Shown: in pieces, positions 51,964-62,748 of the stretch
Layout: every line of letters begins with the position of its first letter
Position numbering within the stretch: the stretch's first letter is position 1
Source of the DNA: an uncultured Chloroflexia bacterium
GTDB lineage: Bacteria; Chloroflexota; UBA6077; JACCZL01
Length of the DNA: 64,000 bases
NCBI GenBank assembly: GCA_963765765.1
Contig: CAVXYC010000020.1
Location: 672,001 to 736,000 of the forward strand
Direction of reading: 5' to 3'
Notes under the pieces: model-generated
What the model was told of the DNA's origin: nothing
Database searches by the model: none
The model's input: only the letters and a program-made list of their open reading frames with translations
Translations under genes and position numbers: made by a program

Positions 51964-53949
51964 TCACTTGACCTCGATGGTGGCCACGGGTACGTCTCGC
52001 TCCTGGGCGCCCGGACCAGCAGACGGCCGATACGTCACCGGCGCGGTTCGGCGGTTCTTGGTGTCGTAAATGCTCACATAGATCTGGTAATCGCCAGGCG
52101 GCGCCTCAGGGGAAATGGCAATGGTGGCCACCTGCACCAACCAGCGGCCGGCGCCCCAATCAGACGCGGCGTCTTCTCCACGGCTCAGGATGGAAATTTC
52201 CTGATTGTCCCAGGCGGAGCCGTCGGCCCCGTTCACGCTGATCAAAACGTGATAGTCCACGGAGAGTGGTCGAATAGCTTCCCACTCTAACGTGAGCGCC
52301 GTCTGACCGCCAGGTGGGAGCACCGATTGGTCTACAGCAAATGCTCCCAACCGGAGCTCCCCGCCAAATTCCGCGCCGGATCGACGTTCGAGGCCAGCGG
52401 TGAGGGAGGTACGCGCTCGCGAGATGTCCGCGTCGCGGCGGACGGCGATGTAGCGTGGTTGGTCACCACGCTTGACGTACATCTTCACGACCTGATACGT
52501 GTCGTCGAACCAATTCCTGAACACCGGAAGCGATCTGAATCGATCCTCCCACATCACGGCCACCTTGCTCGGATAGGTAGTTCCGGCTTGAGCGATCTCC
52601 TGCCCCGTGAGCTCGCGCGATCGAAGTCGCGTCTTGGATGGATCAGCAAGCGCAGGTGGAACCAATCGCTGAGCCAGAAATGCCAGGTATGGATGATCTG
52701 TGATCACGTAATCCGATGGATCGGTAAGCGCCACGATTGATCTCACGGCATCCGGCGCTTCAGCAAACCTCGGCAGGTCGGAAGTTGGCAGGAGGTTCAT
52801 AAATCGGGCATCCCACCCCAGGAGGCCCGGGAGAGAGGCGACGTACCAGGCGAGCGGAAGAATGAATCCGAAATGCGCGATGCTCAACTGTCGGTGCTCA
52901 CCGTGCCAGTATTGCCAGAGTCGACCCAGCCCCGCGCCGGCGAGAATCGCGACAGGGGGGATCATCACGACGGTGTGCTTGGGAAACAACGGACTGTAGA
53001 ACAGCAGCAGAAGGAACGTTCCCACGCCCCAGACGAGGAGGGGGATTCCGACACGTGGCGAAAGTATGGCGAGAGCGATGCCGCCAAATACGGAAAGGCC
53101 GAACACGGCGAGCTGGTCTCTGCCCAGCGCCGACTGAATAACGGCCCAGTTTTCGCGCAGTTTCCACGACTCTAGCTCACGCGTCTTCAGCCGATATTCA
53201 ATGACCTGATCGAAGACTCCGGCGAGGCCAGTAATGACACAGACTAGCAAGACGATCGCGCCGACCACGCATCCGAGCGTCACCAACGAGCGCAGCGGGC
53301 GTCCGCCGCGCATCAGCACGCACAGACCCACGGGTAGCGCCGCCGCGATCGTGATCGGCTTGATGAGCAAGCTCAGCGCCAGAAGTGCACCTGCCGCGAA
53401 TAACCATCTATTGCTCCCGCGCCGAGCGTAGAGCACCGCCGCCCAGACAGCCAGCACCGCGGGCCCCAGTGCCACTGTTTCGGACAATGCCTGGCGTGAA
53501 TTGCGCAGATATGTTGGACTCAGGACGAGCAAGGTCGTAGCTGCCGCGGCCCCAACGGGGCCGGCAAGCGCGCGGCTCACCAGATACGTAGCGACGATAC
53601 CGACCAGTGAATACGCGGCGACGGCAAGCCGCACCGCCGCAAGTGAGCCACCAAATGCCATGTACAGGGGGTAAAGCAAGTCCAACAGCAGTGGCCCCTG
53701 CGAGGCGTAAATATCTTCGAACGGACGGAATCCGGCGCGCATCAACAGGAGCTGGATACCTCGAATGCCTTCATCGAGATCGCCGCTATAGCCCGTGAGA
53801 TTGATGCCGCGCATGAGTACCGCGGCAAAAAGCAGGAACGTGAAAAAGGCGACCTCAATTGCGACCGCGCGCGTGGAGCCCGGTATCGTGCGCTCGCGCA
53901 TCGACACACTGTTGGCGAGGAGTGTGTCGCCGTCGATCAAGCTGGACAC
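51964..53949 (-). CDS. GT-C glycosyltransferase (ArnT/PMT family), paralog 3
   Basis: LDEGIR..QGPLLLDLLYP; DHPYLAFLAQRLVPP; C-terminal beta-rich domain. Confidence 0.88.
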   Translation of the reverse strand: MSSLIDGDTLLANSVSMRERTIPGSTRAVAIEVAFFTFLLFAAVLMRGINLTGYSGDLDEGIRGIQLLLMRAGFRPFEDIYASQGPLLLDLLYPLYMAFGGSLAAVRLAVAAYSLVGIVATYLVSRALAGPVGAAAATTLLVLSPTYLRNSRQALSETVALGPAVLAVWAAVLYARRGSNRWLFAAGALLALSLLIKPITIAAALPVGLCVLMRGGRPLRSLVTLGCVVGAIVLLVCVITGLAGVFDQVIEYRLKTRELESWKLRENWAVIQSALGRDQLAVFGLSVFGGIALAILSPRVGIPLLVWGVGTFLLLLFYSPLFPKHTVVMIPPVAILAGAGLGRLWQYWHGEHRQLSIAHFGFILPLAWYVASLPGLLGWDARFMNLLPTSDLPRFAEAPDAVRSIVALTDPSDYVITDHPYLAFLAQRLVPPALADPSKTRLRSRELTGQEIAQAGTTYPSKVAVMWEDRFRSLPVFRNWFDDTYQVVKMYVKRGDQPRYIAVRRDADISRARTSLTAGLERRSGAEFGGELRLGAFAVDQSVLPPGGQTALTLEWEAIRPLSVDYHVLISVNGADGSAWDNQEISILSRGEDAASDWGAGRWLVQVATIAISPEAPPGDYQIYVSIYDTKNRRTAPVTYRPSAGPGAQERDVPVATIEVK

Positions 53950-54278
53950 CCAGTGACTAGGTAATTAGTGTGCATGAAGCGGGAGTGTCCACATAAACGT
54001 CGCGCAAACGAGCGCGAACCGGTTCGGAGCGGACCTCAGACGATGTCTCGCATTGAGGGGTGATGTGGTTGATTCCGCGGAATCCGCTGGTGGCCGGAAC
54101 GGTCAACCACGTGATTCTAGCAGACAGCCTGAAACGTTCTACCGTAGTGCTCGTCCCCACGATGAGAACTTGGATCACCCTTGAAGCCATCTAATTCCGT
54201 AGGTCGACCGGCGGTGCAGGATCCAATTCCGCCATACTTAGCAGGCTCGCTGAATCACCCGATCGAGCCCGCTACTCG

Positions 54279-56273
54279 ATGACAGTCTCCAACACATCAG
54301 CCGCCACGACCGCCGCGATGGGCCATTCCGGGACCGTAGATCGCGCACACGTTCACTCATTCACAAGCACGCGCATCCTGGAGATGGCCGTGGTGCTCGT
54401 ACTGCTCACGATTGCGGCGTGGATGCGGCTCGTCAATCTGGGGACGTACAGCGGCTTATTCGACGAGGGAATCCGAGTAGAGCAGCTATTCCTGATGGGC
54501 CAGGGATACCGCCCATTCCGCGACATCTTTGCCGCGCAGGGCCCGCTACTCCTCGATCTGCTCTATCCATTCTTCAGGCTCTATGGCGGAACGCTCGAGG
54601 CCGCGCGCATGGCGGTGGCGACGTACTCGCTACTTGGCATCATGGGTGTGTACCTCGCGGCGCGCCAGGTCGCTGGTGCGATCGGTGGCATCGCCGCCAT
54701 GAGCCTGCTCATCCTCAGCACGCTCTATATCGAGGGGTCCCGTCTGGCGCTCGCGGAAGTAGTAGCGCTCGGATTCGCCGCCCCGGCGGTGGCCGCGGGT
54801 ATTGCGTATAGCAAATCCGGACGTCGGAGCTGGCTTGCCCTCGCCGCCGTGTTCGCGCTGATCAGTCTTCTCGTTAAGCCGATCGCCATTGGCCTGGCCG
54901 TACCGCTTGTGTTAGCTGTAGTACACCGCGGTCGGGCTGGCTTGGTGGACGCCGCGCTTGTGAGTATCATCGCGGCCGCTATTGCAGGACTGGTAGTGCT
55001 TGGCGTTGGATTGGCTGGAGTCCTGGACCAGATCGTGGATTACCGAAAGGTCTCGATCGAAAGCGAAGGCTGGAGCCTGAAGAAGAACTGGCAAGCGCTT
55101 GTCCGAGCCTGGTCATTCGAGCCGCTTGGACTATTCGCGATCGCCGGTGTTGGATCTCTAGCGCTGATCGCTCGAGCACGCTGGAGTGGTCTTCTACTGG
55201 TGAGCTGGGTGGTTGGCTGCCTCGTACTATTACTGAGCTATACGCCACTTCACGGCAAACATGCGGTGACACTCATGCCGTCGATTGCAGCCGTTGCCGG
55301 TGCATCCATCGGCGTAGCATTCAACTCTTTCAAAAACGGTGCAAGCTTGCCGAGGCTGGGCATGGCCATCGCCATCGGCGTGGCGGCGCTGCTCTATGTT
55401 GTAAACCTGCCTTCCGTGTTTGCAGCCGGGACGCAGCTCCTGCGGGTGACAGCGGATACAGATGTAGATCCAGCCATCGAGCAATATGCGAACGCCGTGA
55501 GCGTGATCCACGACCTGACTGACCCGAGCGGCTTCGTGGTGACGGATCATCCGTACCTGACGTTTCTAGCTCAACGCATGGTGCCACCACCGCTCGTGGA
55601 CACGGCAAAGGCACGCATCCGATCACGCTCGCTCACGGCCAACGAGGCCGTCACGATCGCACAATCCTACGACCCATCGATGGTCGTGCTCTGGACTGAT
55701 CGATTGCGGCCGCTCCGCCCGTTCAAACAGTGGGTGGAAGACAACTTCCGATTGGTAAAGGTCTACAACCGTCGCAATGACCTTGATCGCGGCATTTATG
55801 TAAAGCAGGCCGCCGACCTTGGTAGGGTTCGAGATCAGCTCAGCGTTGGAATGACACCAATCGGGCCGGTGCGATTTGCTGATGAGATCGCTCTACTGAG
55901 TTACTCAGTGGACGAGACCATCCTAGACCGCGGCGGGGGAACAGCCGTGACGCTGCACTGGGAAGCGCTTCGCCAGCCAACGCAGGACCATAAGGTGGTC
56001 ACATACATCCGCGGCACGGACGGAAAACAATGGGACGGCCAGCAAGAGTCGCTCAGCGGCGGCAGCATTCCGGTCACTGAATGGCAGCCAGGACGATGGC
56101 TCTTCCAGCAGACCTTCGTGCGAGTGGAGAACAACGTTGCGTCGGGCGAGCACATGCTCACCGTAGGTATTTACGACTCGCGCGGACGCCAGCTCGTTCC
56201 GCCGCGCGCCGATCGGTCGCTCAACGTGCTCGATAGCGGTGAGCTCGTTCTGGCTCGCGTTCACGTGGAGTAA
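54279..56273 (+). CDS. GT-C glycosyltransferase (ArnT/PMT family), paralog 4, divergently transcribed
   Basis: FDEGIR..QGPLLLDLLYP; DHPYLTFLAQRMVPP; C-terminal beta-rich domain. Confidence 0.88.
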   Translation: MTVSNTSAATTAAMGHSGTVDRAHVHSFTSTRILEMAVVLVLLTIAAWMRLVNLGTYSGLFDEGIRVEQLFLMGQGYRPFRDIFAAQGPLLLDLLYPFFRLYGGTLEAARMAVATYSLLGIMGVYLAARQVAGAIGGIAAMSLLILSTLYIEGSRLALAEVVALGFAAPAVAAGIAYSKSGRRSWLALAAVFALISLLVKPIAIGLAVPLVLAVVHRGRAGLVDAALVSIIAAAIAGLVVLGVGLAGVLDQIVDYRKVSIESEGWSLKKNWQALVRAWSFEPLGLFAIAGVGSLALIARARWSGLLLVSWVVGCLVLLLSYTPLHGKHAVTLMPSIAAVAGASIGVAFNSFKNGASLPRLGMAIAIGVAALLYVVNLPSVFAAGTQLLRVTADTDVDPAIEQYANAVSVIHDLTDPSGFVVTDHPYLTFLAQRMVPPPLVDTAKARIRSRSLTANEAVTIAQSYDPSMVVLWTDRLRPLRPFKQWVEDNFRLVKVYNRRNDLDRGIYVKQAADLGRVRDQLSVGMTPIGPVRFADEIALLSYSVDETILDRGGGTAVTLHWEALRQPTQDHKVVTYIRGTDGKQWDGQQESLSGGSIPVTEWQPGRWLFQQTFVRVENNVASGEHMLTVGIYDSRGRQLVPPRADRSLNVLDSGELVLARVHVE

Positions 56274-56399
56274 GAGGCAGCCGACTCGCTCTGGACTGCT
56301 CGACGGCCCAATCATGACTCGGCTAACATAGCATGTGCCATCGCGCCTTATCGTGCGCTCGGAGGTCCATATGACCTTTGCTGTCTGGATCGCCAGAGC

Positions 56400-57329
56400 T
56401 TGAAGCGCCTCGCTGCTTCCCCCACTAACACCGGTCCCTCCGCCTTGTTGATTCTCCGCATCGCATTGACGGTGCTGTTTGTCGTTGGAGCCGCGTATTC
56501 AATCCAGGCTGGTTGGCATCAGATTGCCGACTACAACTGGCAATTAAACCCGCCGCTGGTCGTGATCGCAACCATGTTGTTTGTGGGCGCCACGCTCCTT
56601 GGCAACATGATTTGGCTGCTACTCATGCGAAGCTTTGGTGCTCACATCGCCGTGCGGCCGGCGTTACGCGTGTACTGCACCTCAAATCTGGGCAAGTACC
56701 TTCCGGGCAAAGTATGGCACGTATTTGCGCGTATTTACCTTGCGCAACAATACGGAGCCCCAGTGGCCCGCGCAACCAGCGGCTCGGTTGTAGATGTGCT
56801 GATCTTTGTAGCGGCCGGATGTGTGGTGAGCGTTTTAGCGCTGCCAACGCTCCTTGGCTGGACGATTGAGCTGCCTCTACTCATCGGATTGATGGTCGTG
56901 ACAGCCGCTGTCATCGGAACGCTTCTGCACCCACTGATTCTGAACACCGTGTTCGCCCTAGGCGGTCGGTTCGCTCCAAAGTTTCGCGACGTCCGCCTGG
57001 AAGTCGGCTTCCCATCAATTCTTCGTATCTTCGGGCTCGACCTGCTTCTCTGGGGCGTAATCTGTGGAGGAGTCTACGCCGCGGTCCAATCGGTGGCGCC
57101 TGTCTCGATAAACTATGCGCCGACCCTTGCAGCAATCTACGCCGTCTCCTACACGTCTGGGCTTATCATGCCTCTTGCACCTGCCGGGTTAGGCGTGCGA
57201 GAAGGCGCAACCATCTTCTTTCTCGCGCCGCTGGTGGGGGCACCCGCCGCGGTGGTCGCAACGGCATTGATACGTGTGCTTCAGGTGCTCGCTGAGAGCC
57301 TGTGCGCCGCCGCGTTCAGCCGACTCTAA
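56400..57329 (+). CDS. Lysylphosphatidylglycerol synthase TM-domain (UPF0104) flippase-like protein
   Basis: SNLGKYLPGKVW, PAGLGVREG; multiple TMs. Confidence 0.85.
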   Translation: MKRLAASPTNTGPSALLILRIALTVLFVVGAAYSIQAGWHQIADYNWQLNPPLVVIATMLFVGATLLGNMIWLLLMRSFGAHIAVRPALRVYCTSNLGKYLPGKVWHVFARIYLAQQYGAPVARATSGSVVDVLIFVAAGCVVSVLALPTLLGWTIELPLLIGLMVVTAAVIGTLLHPLILNTVFALGGRFAPKFRDVRLEVGFPSILRIFGLDLLLWGVICGGVYAAVQSVAPVSINYAPTLAAIYAVSYTSGLIMPLAPAGLGVREGATIFFLAPLVGAPAAVVATALIRVLQVLAESLCAAAFSRL

Positions 57330-57345
57330 CGTTCGAGGTATCTCC

Positions 57346-58119
57346 ATGACATTCGGTCCCGGCACCACTCAGGGCTCGCCACCTTCGATCCAAATCGGAA
57401 TTCTCACGGCCGGTAAACCCACGCTCGCGATGGTGCTGGTAAGCCTGATCATGCAGGAAGAGATTCCCATCGATATCTACATCGTAGACACAGCGCAGAG
57501 CCCGGTCATCAAACGTGACGACGTGGTGTTCGCGATGCGGCTGGCATTCGATCGCGGAGTCCGCTGTGGATACGAATACAGCAAGGAGCGCGGGCGAGCA
57601 TTCAGTGTGGGTCGACTCAAGCTATTACAGGAGCTTAAAGGGCCGTACGTCTCATTCGTTGATGATGACATCGTTCTCCCCCCGCGATCGTTTTCAGCAC
57701 TCATGGACTGGTCGCTCAAGCGAGAATCGTTTGGCTTTGTGAGTCCCGTCTGCAAAAACTATGGGGATGCCGATAACCCGTTGCCCGGACGGCCACACTA
57801 CTCTCCCGGCGGACTGATCTGGCAGGACAATACCGTACGCAGCATCCTATTGGAGTATTACGAGAGCACGGTGGATGTGCTTGACGCCAAGGGACAAAAT
57901 CCTCGACTGTGGGAAAAAGCGTTCCTTTCGGAACTCTTCCCCTCCCTTGGTCGCGAAGCCGTCGTTCTCGAAGAGTGCAGCAGTTATCACCTGGACTACA
58001 AGGAGCGGCCACTCCGACACACGGTGGACGAGCGGGTTGTCAACGCGAGTGTTTCCCGAGCCCGAGAAATGGCCAGCGCGGCACTGCACGTCACACCGAA
58101 CGGAGCCGCTGCGGGTTAG
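57346..58119 (+). CDS. Divergent GT-A / GT2-like glycosyltransferase
   Basis: IGILT, IYIVD, YVSFVDDDIVL (DxD); GAGG RBS. Confidence 0.65.
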   Translation: MTFGPGTTQGSPPSIQIGILTAGKPTLAMVLVSLIMQEEIPIDIYIVDTAQSPVIKRDDVVFAMRLAFDRGVRCGYEYSKERGRAFSVGRLKLLQELKGPYVSFVDDDIVLPPRSFSALMDWSLKRESFGFVSPVCKNYGDADNPLPGRPHYSPGGLIWQDNTVRSILLEYYESTVDVLDAKGQNPRLWEKAFLSELFPSLGREAVVLEECSSYHLDYKERPLRHTVDERVVNASVSRAREMASAALHVTPNGAAAG

Positions 58120-58359
58120 CCTTCGCGGTTCCACGGTCGCCAGTTCCCCCGAGGACTTCATGGTGATCCGTACATGCTCCAACGCCTGTGCGCACCAAGT
58201 ACGGCATGGTCATCGACGGGATCCCCGCGGACCGGCTCGCCATGTCATCCCGAGGAAGGGAAATACACCGTCCGACCGTGTTCAGGAGAGACGCGAAGGG
58301 CTGAGCGGCCATCGACGGCTACCGATGCACGCTGACGGTGCCCAACTTGAGCAACTCCG

Positions 58360-58752
58360 CTACGACACGCGCACCGGTCCACCGCTCGACGTGAATCGCA
58401 TTCGCTGCCCAGCGGTCACCTGACGTTCAGTGAACCAGCCTTGGCTCACTTCGAGAACGTATTGATACGCGCGTGATGGTTGATATGGCCGATCTTTCCC
58501 GGCATTGATGTCGGCGATTTCGAGCAGTGTGCCGTCCGCTGCGATGAATCCGGCGCTAAGCGGGATCAGTACATCACGACCCCAGAATGCCTGGCGCGTC
58601 TCCGAAGGAAACACGAAGAGCATTCCGTGGTCTGCCTGAAGCGACGGTCGGAACATGAGTCCGCGAGCGCGGCTTACCGGATCTGACGCCAGCTCCACGG
58701 TCGCTCGCGCATCTGGCGCACCGACGAATTCCACGTACGCGTCCGAGCTCAT
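58360..58752 (-). CDS. DUF192 family protein
   Basis: VELA..RARGLMFR..GMLFVF..LIPL..YVLEV..GWF. Confidence 0.9.
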   Translation of the reverse strand: MSSDAYVEFVGAPDARATVELASDPVSRARGLMFRPSLQADHGMLFVFPSETRQAFWGRDVLIPLSAGFIAADGTLLEIADINAGKDRPYQPSRAYQYVLEVSQGWFTERQVTAGQRMRFTSSGGPVRVS

Positions 58753-58777
58753 ATGTATGCGAAATCGCGGATTAGGA

Positions 58778-59644
58778 TCAGTGCCCGTTCGCCTCAGCGG
58801 CCGTCATGGGAGCCTGAATCTCAAACAGAGTCGGCCAGCGCTTCCCCGTGACGAAGAGCCGCCCTGTATCGGAATCGTAGGCAATCCCGTTCAACACGTC
58901 ATCTCGCGATGATACAGGCGCTGAGTTCAGATCAGTGAAGTCGAGCCACGAACAGACGTTCCCTGTACTCGGGTCGATGATGGCGATTCGGTCGGTCTGC
59001 CAGACATTCGCGTAGACTGCGCCATTGATGAACTCCAGCTCATTTAGCGAATAGATGGGACGGCCGCCCGCTCGAACCGCGACCTGCCCCACTTCCGAAA
59101 ACGTATCCGGGTCAAGAAACCGCAGGATATCCGACCCGTCACTCAGAATGAAGCGGCTGCCATCATAGGTGAGACCCCAGCCCTCAGTCGGATAATTGAA
59201 GGTTCCGACCAAGGTGAACGTCTCGCGGTCGTAGACGTAGCCCACATGCGAACGCCAGGAGAGCTGGGCGATCCGCTCGCCAAATACGGCGATACCCTCA
59301 CCAAAGATGTCGCGGGGGAGGTCGATCTGCTGCAGTACTGTTCCGGTTGCCATGTCCACGCGACGGAGGGTTGACTCGCCGTACCAGCCCGTGCCCTCAT
59401 AGAGATTCCCGTCGGAGATCGTCAGTCCTTGCGTATATGCCCTTGGGTCGTGCGGGAAGGACTGGATGACCGGCGGAGACGTCACCGGCACGGATGCTTC
59501 GTCACCGGCGCTGCCGCAGAGGGACTGAGCTCGGAGCGAATCCGTCCCGAAGCTTGCAACGACTACGGCCAGTGTTGCAATAGCAGCTAAGAGAGTGAGG
59601 TTGACGAGTTTCACAAATTGAGTCAATCTGGCATTCACCTGCAA
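58778..59644 (-). CDS. Glutaminyl-peptide cyclotransferase (type I, beta-propeller)
   Basis: PHDPRAYTQGL, YEGTGWYG, FGEG, EGWGLT, LNELE, VLNGIAYD, VTGKRW. Confidence 0.95.
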   Translation of the reverse strand: MQVNARLTQFVKLVNLTLLAAIATLAVVVASFGTDSLRAQSLCGSAGDEASVPVTSPPVIQSFPHDPRAYTQGLTISDGNLYEGTGWYGESTLRRVDMATGTVLQQIDLPRDIFGEGIAVFGERIAQLSWRSHVGYVYDRETFTLVGTFNYPTEGWGLTYDGSRFILSDGSDILRFLDPDTFSEVGQVAVRAGGRPIYSLNELEFINGAVYANVWQTDRIAIIDPSTGNVCSWLDFTDLNSAPVSSRDDVLNGIAYDSDTGRLFVTGKRWPTLFEIQAPMTAAEANGH

Positions 59645-59729
59645 TCCCAGCGATCACTCACCCGTTCAACGTGTAAGATCGCTACAGCCATTAGATGGCG
59701 TTTATCAGCCTCACCCATGGATGTGAACG

Positions 59730-59891
59730 ATGATCGATCAGAAACTCCTCGATATTCTTGCCTGCCCGCTCTGTAAGACTCCGGTGAAGCAAGAAGACGA
59801 CCGGCTGGTATGTACCCAGTGCGGTCGCCGCTATCCCGTACGCGACGGCATCCCCGTCATGCTGATCGAGGAAGCCGAATCGGGCGAGTAG
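59730..59891 (+). CDS. Trm112 family protein (53 aa, not in the ORF track)
   Basis: MIDQKLLDILACPLCK...LVCTQCGRRYPVRDGIPVML. Confidence 0.92.
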   Translation: MIDQKLLDILACPLCKTPVKQEDDRLVCTQCGRRYPVRDGIPVMLIEEAESGE

Positions 59892-59898
59892 CTGCTCG

Positions 59899-60648
59899 CT
59901 ACTCGCCGCGCTTGAAACTCGCGGCGAGTCGATCGCGATTGAGCCTGGCAATCGCGTCAAGAGTGATGCCTTTAGGGCACACGGCTTCGCACTCGCCATG
60001 GTTCGTACAAGCTCCAAATCCGGCCTCGTCCATAGCCATGACCATGCTGACCGCGCGGGACGTTCGTTCCGGTTGGCCTTGTGGCAAGCTGCCCAGGTGG
60101 GACACTTTTGCCGAGGTAAACAGCATCGCCGACGCGTTTGGACACGACGCCACGCACGCCCCACAGGCGATGCATTCGGCATTGCTCATGGCCCGCTCTG
60201 CATCCACTTTTGGCACGGGTACTGAGTTCGCTTCGGGGGCGCTACCAGTATCGGTGGAGATGTACCCGCCCGCTTGAATGATCTTATCGAAAGCGGACCG
60301 ATCGACCATCAGATCCTTGAGCACGGGAAACGCTCGAGCCCGAAACGGCTCGATGGTGATGGTGTCTCCATCGTTGAAGAACCGCATGTGGAGCTGACAG
60401 GTCGTCGTCAGAGCATTCGGCCCATGCGCAATTCCATCGATCATGAACCCACACGTGCCGCAGATCCCTTCACGGCAATCATGATCGAACGCAATTGGCT
60501 CGTCGCCATTAGTGATGAGATTCTCATTCACGACGTCGAGCATCTCGAGAAATGACATGTGCTCACTGATATCGCGAGCTGGGTATGTGACGAACTTACC
60601 CTCCGCCTCCCGGCTCGGTTGTCGCCACACCTTGAGCGTGAGATTCAT
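59899..60648 (-). CDS. sdhB: Succinate dehydrogenase/fumarate reductase Fe-S subunit
   Basis: [34 protein letters not shown]. Confidence 0.96.
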   Translation of the reverse strand: MNLTLKVWRQPSREAEGKFVTYPARDISEHMSFLEMLDVVNENLITNGDEPIAFDHDCREGICGTCGFMIDGIAHGPNALTTTCQLHMRFFNDGDTITIEPFRARAFPVLKDLMVDRSAFDKIIQAGGYISTDTGSAPEANSVPVPKVDAERAMSNAECIACGACVASCPNASAMLFTSAKVSHLGSLPQGQPERTSRAVSMVMAMDEAGFGACTNHGECEAVCPKGITLDAIARLNRDRLAASFKRGE

Positions 60649-60683
60649 CGAGGAATTCCTCCGGAGCACGAGTGAAGCGTCAT

Positions 60684-60744
60684 GTGTGATGAGTAATGAG
60701 TCGCACTTGACCGAAACTCATCACACTTGACTCATCACTCATTA
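60684..60744. repeat. Heptamer-based inverted repeat between sdhA and sdhB
   Basis: GTGTGATGAGT/ACTCATCACAC; TGATGAG-TAATGAG versus CTCATCA-CTCATTA. Confidence 0.7.
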
Positions 60745-62748
60745 CTTGTAACTACGTGTTGCCAGGTGAACGACTTCGAACTCGAGCGGCTCTTTGTGAA
60801 GCCTCGGTTTTGCGAGATCGCCAGTGTATTCCCACGCGGAAACATGACTGAAGTTCTCGTCGTCGCGCTGAGCTTCACCCTCTTCTGTCTGACTTTCCAC
60901 TCTGAAGTGGCCACCGCACGACTCCGTGCGAACCCATGCATCCAGTGAGAGGAGCTCCGCGAACTCGAGGAAATCGGCCACTCGGCCGGCAATTTCGAGA
61001 TTCTGGTTTATGGACTCCACTGTCCCCGGTACACGAAGGTTCTGCCAGAACTCGTCTCGTATCTGAGGAATTCGGTCCAGCGCGGAGCGCAAACTTTGGT
61101 CACTCCTCGCCATGCCCACGTCCTCCCACATGAGCTTGCCCAGCTCACGATGGAACGAGTCAGGGCTGCGATTGCCCTTGAGCGAAAGAAACCGGTTCGT
61201 GCGGTCGCGCACTTCGGCTTCAACCTGATCGAAGGCAGGGTGATCAGCGGTGAGTCCATCGGGTCGATGATCGGCCAGGAAGTTGGGCACCGTGGCGGGT
61301 AACACCCAGTAGCCATCGGCCAACCCCTGCATGAGTGCCGAAGCCCCCAATCGGTTGGCACCGTGGTCCGAGAAATTTGCCTCGCCGCCCACGAACAGTC
61401 CCGGGATCGTGCTTTCCAGGTTGTAATCCACCCATAGACCGCCCATGGTGTAGTGGACGGCCGGGTAAATGCGCATGGGCACCTGATAGGCATTCTCGCC
61501 CGTAATGCGCTCGTACATATCGAAGAGGTTGCCGTAGCGTGCCTGAATAGTGCTCAAGCCGAGTCGCTTGATGGCATCCGAGAAATCGAGGTACACGCCA
61601 AACCCGCCCGGTCCCACGCCCCGTCCCATATCGCACGCCTCTTTTGCGCTGCGGGAGGCAATGTCGCGGGGAGCGAGATTGCCGTAGCTCGGGTACTTGC
61701 GCTCCAGGTAGTAGTCGCGCTCGTTTTCGGGGATCGTGTCCGGCGAACGGAGATCTCCGGCGACTTTCGGCACCCATACGCGGCCGTCGTTACGCAAAGA
61801 TTCGCTCATCAGGGTGAGCTTGCTCTGGTAATCGCCGCTTACGGGAATACAGGTCGGGTGGATCTGGGTGTAGCAGGGATTGGCCATATAGGCGCCGCGC
61901 TTGTGCGCTCGCCAGATGGCAGTGACGTTGCAGCCCTTAGCGTTGGTGGACAGGTAGAAGACGTTGCCGTACCCGCCCGTGGCCAAGATAACCACATCGG
62001 CGGCATGCCGCTGAATCTCCCCAGTGACCATATCGCGTACGATGATTCCCCGGGCTCGTCCATCGATCACCACCAGATCAAGCATCTCGGTTCGGGGGTG
62101 CATGGTCACCGTGCCGAGAGAGATCTGTCGGCAAAGTGCCTGATAGGCACCCAGTAGGAGCTGCTGACCAGTCTGGCCGCGCGCATAAAACGTCCGGCTC
62201 ACCTGCGCGCCACCGAAAGAGCGCGTATCCAGCAATCCGCCGTATTCCCGCGCAAATGGGACGCCCTGGGCGGTGCATTGGTCGATGATGTTGGCACTCA
62301 CCTCGGCCAATCGGTAGACGTTGGCCTCACGAGAGCGGAAATCACCACCCTTGACGGTGTCGTAGAACAAGCGCATGACGCTGTCGCCGTCATTGCGATA
62401 ATTCTTGGCCGCGTTGATGCCGCCCTGCGCGGCGATACTGTGCGCGCGCCGCGGACTGTCCTGGTAGCAAAAGCAGTCCACGTTGTATCCCTGCTCACCC
62501 AGGGTCGCGGCCGCGGCACCGCCGGCAAGTCCAGAGCCAACCACGATCACCCGGTAGCGTCGACGATTGGCGGGATTCACCAGCTTCATCTCGAAACGGT
62601 GTTTTTCCCACATGCCCTCGACAGGTCCGTCTGGGAGATGGGCATCCAGGGACCCGGGTGGCGCTTCGCGATACTGACGCGGCGGCGTTGACGTTGGCGC
62701 CGTGGGGCGCGCCGGGGCAACGACGTTGCTTGTCACTGTGGCCTCCAT
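60742..62748 (-). CDS. sdhA: Succinate dehydrogenase/fumarate reductase flavoprotein
   Basis: [46 protein letters not shown]. Confidence 0.97.
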   Translation of the reverse strand: MEATVTSNVVAPARPTAPTSTPPRQYREAPPGSLDAHLPDGPVEGMWEKHRFEMKLVNPANRRRYRVIVVGSGLAGGAAAATLGEQGYNVDCFCYQDSPRRAHSIAAQGGINAAKNYRNDGDSVMRLFYDTVKGGDFRSREANVYRLAEVSANIIDQCTAQGVPFAREYGGLLDTRSFGGAQVSRTFYARGQTGQQLLLGAYQALCRQISLGTVTMHPRTEMLDLVVIDGRARGIIVRDMVTGEIQRHAADVVILATGGYGNVFYLSTNAKGCNVTAIWRAHKRGAYMANPCYTQIHPTCIPVSGDYQSKLTLMSESLRNDGRVWVPKVAGDLRSPDTIPENERDYYLERKYPSYGNLAPRDIASRSAKEACDMGRGVGPGGFGVYLDFSDAIKRLGLSTIQARYGNLFDMYERITGENAYQVPMRIYPAVHYTMGGLWVDYNLESTIPGLFVGGEANFSDHGANRLGASALMQGLADGYWVLPATVPNFLADHRPDGLTADHPAFDQVEAEVRDRTNRFLSLKGNRSPDSFHRELGKLMWEDVGMARSDQSLRSALDRIPQIRDEFWQNLRVPGTVESINQNLEIAGRVADFLEFAELLSLDAWVRTESCGGHFRVESQTEEGEAQRDDENFSHVSAWEYTGDLAKPRLHKEPLEFEVVHLATRSYK

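Noticed and set aside
53950-54278. ncRNA between the divergent GT-C genes
   Set aside because: Only a modest GTGGTTGA/TCAACCAC stem (~54066-54111); no recognisable RNA family, and a bidirectional promoter region explains the gap
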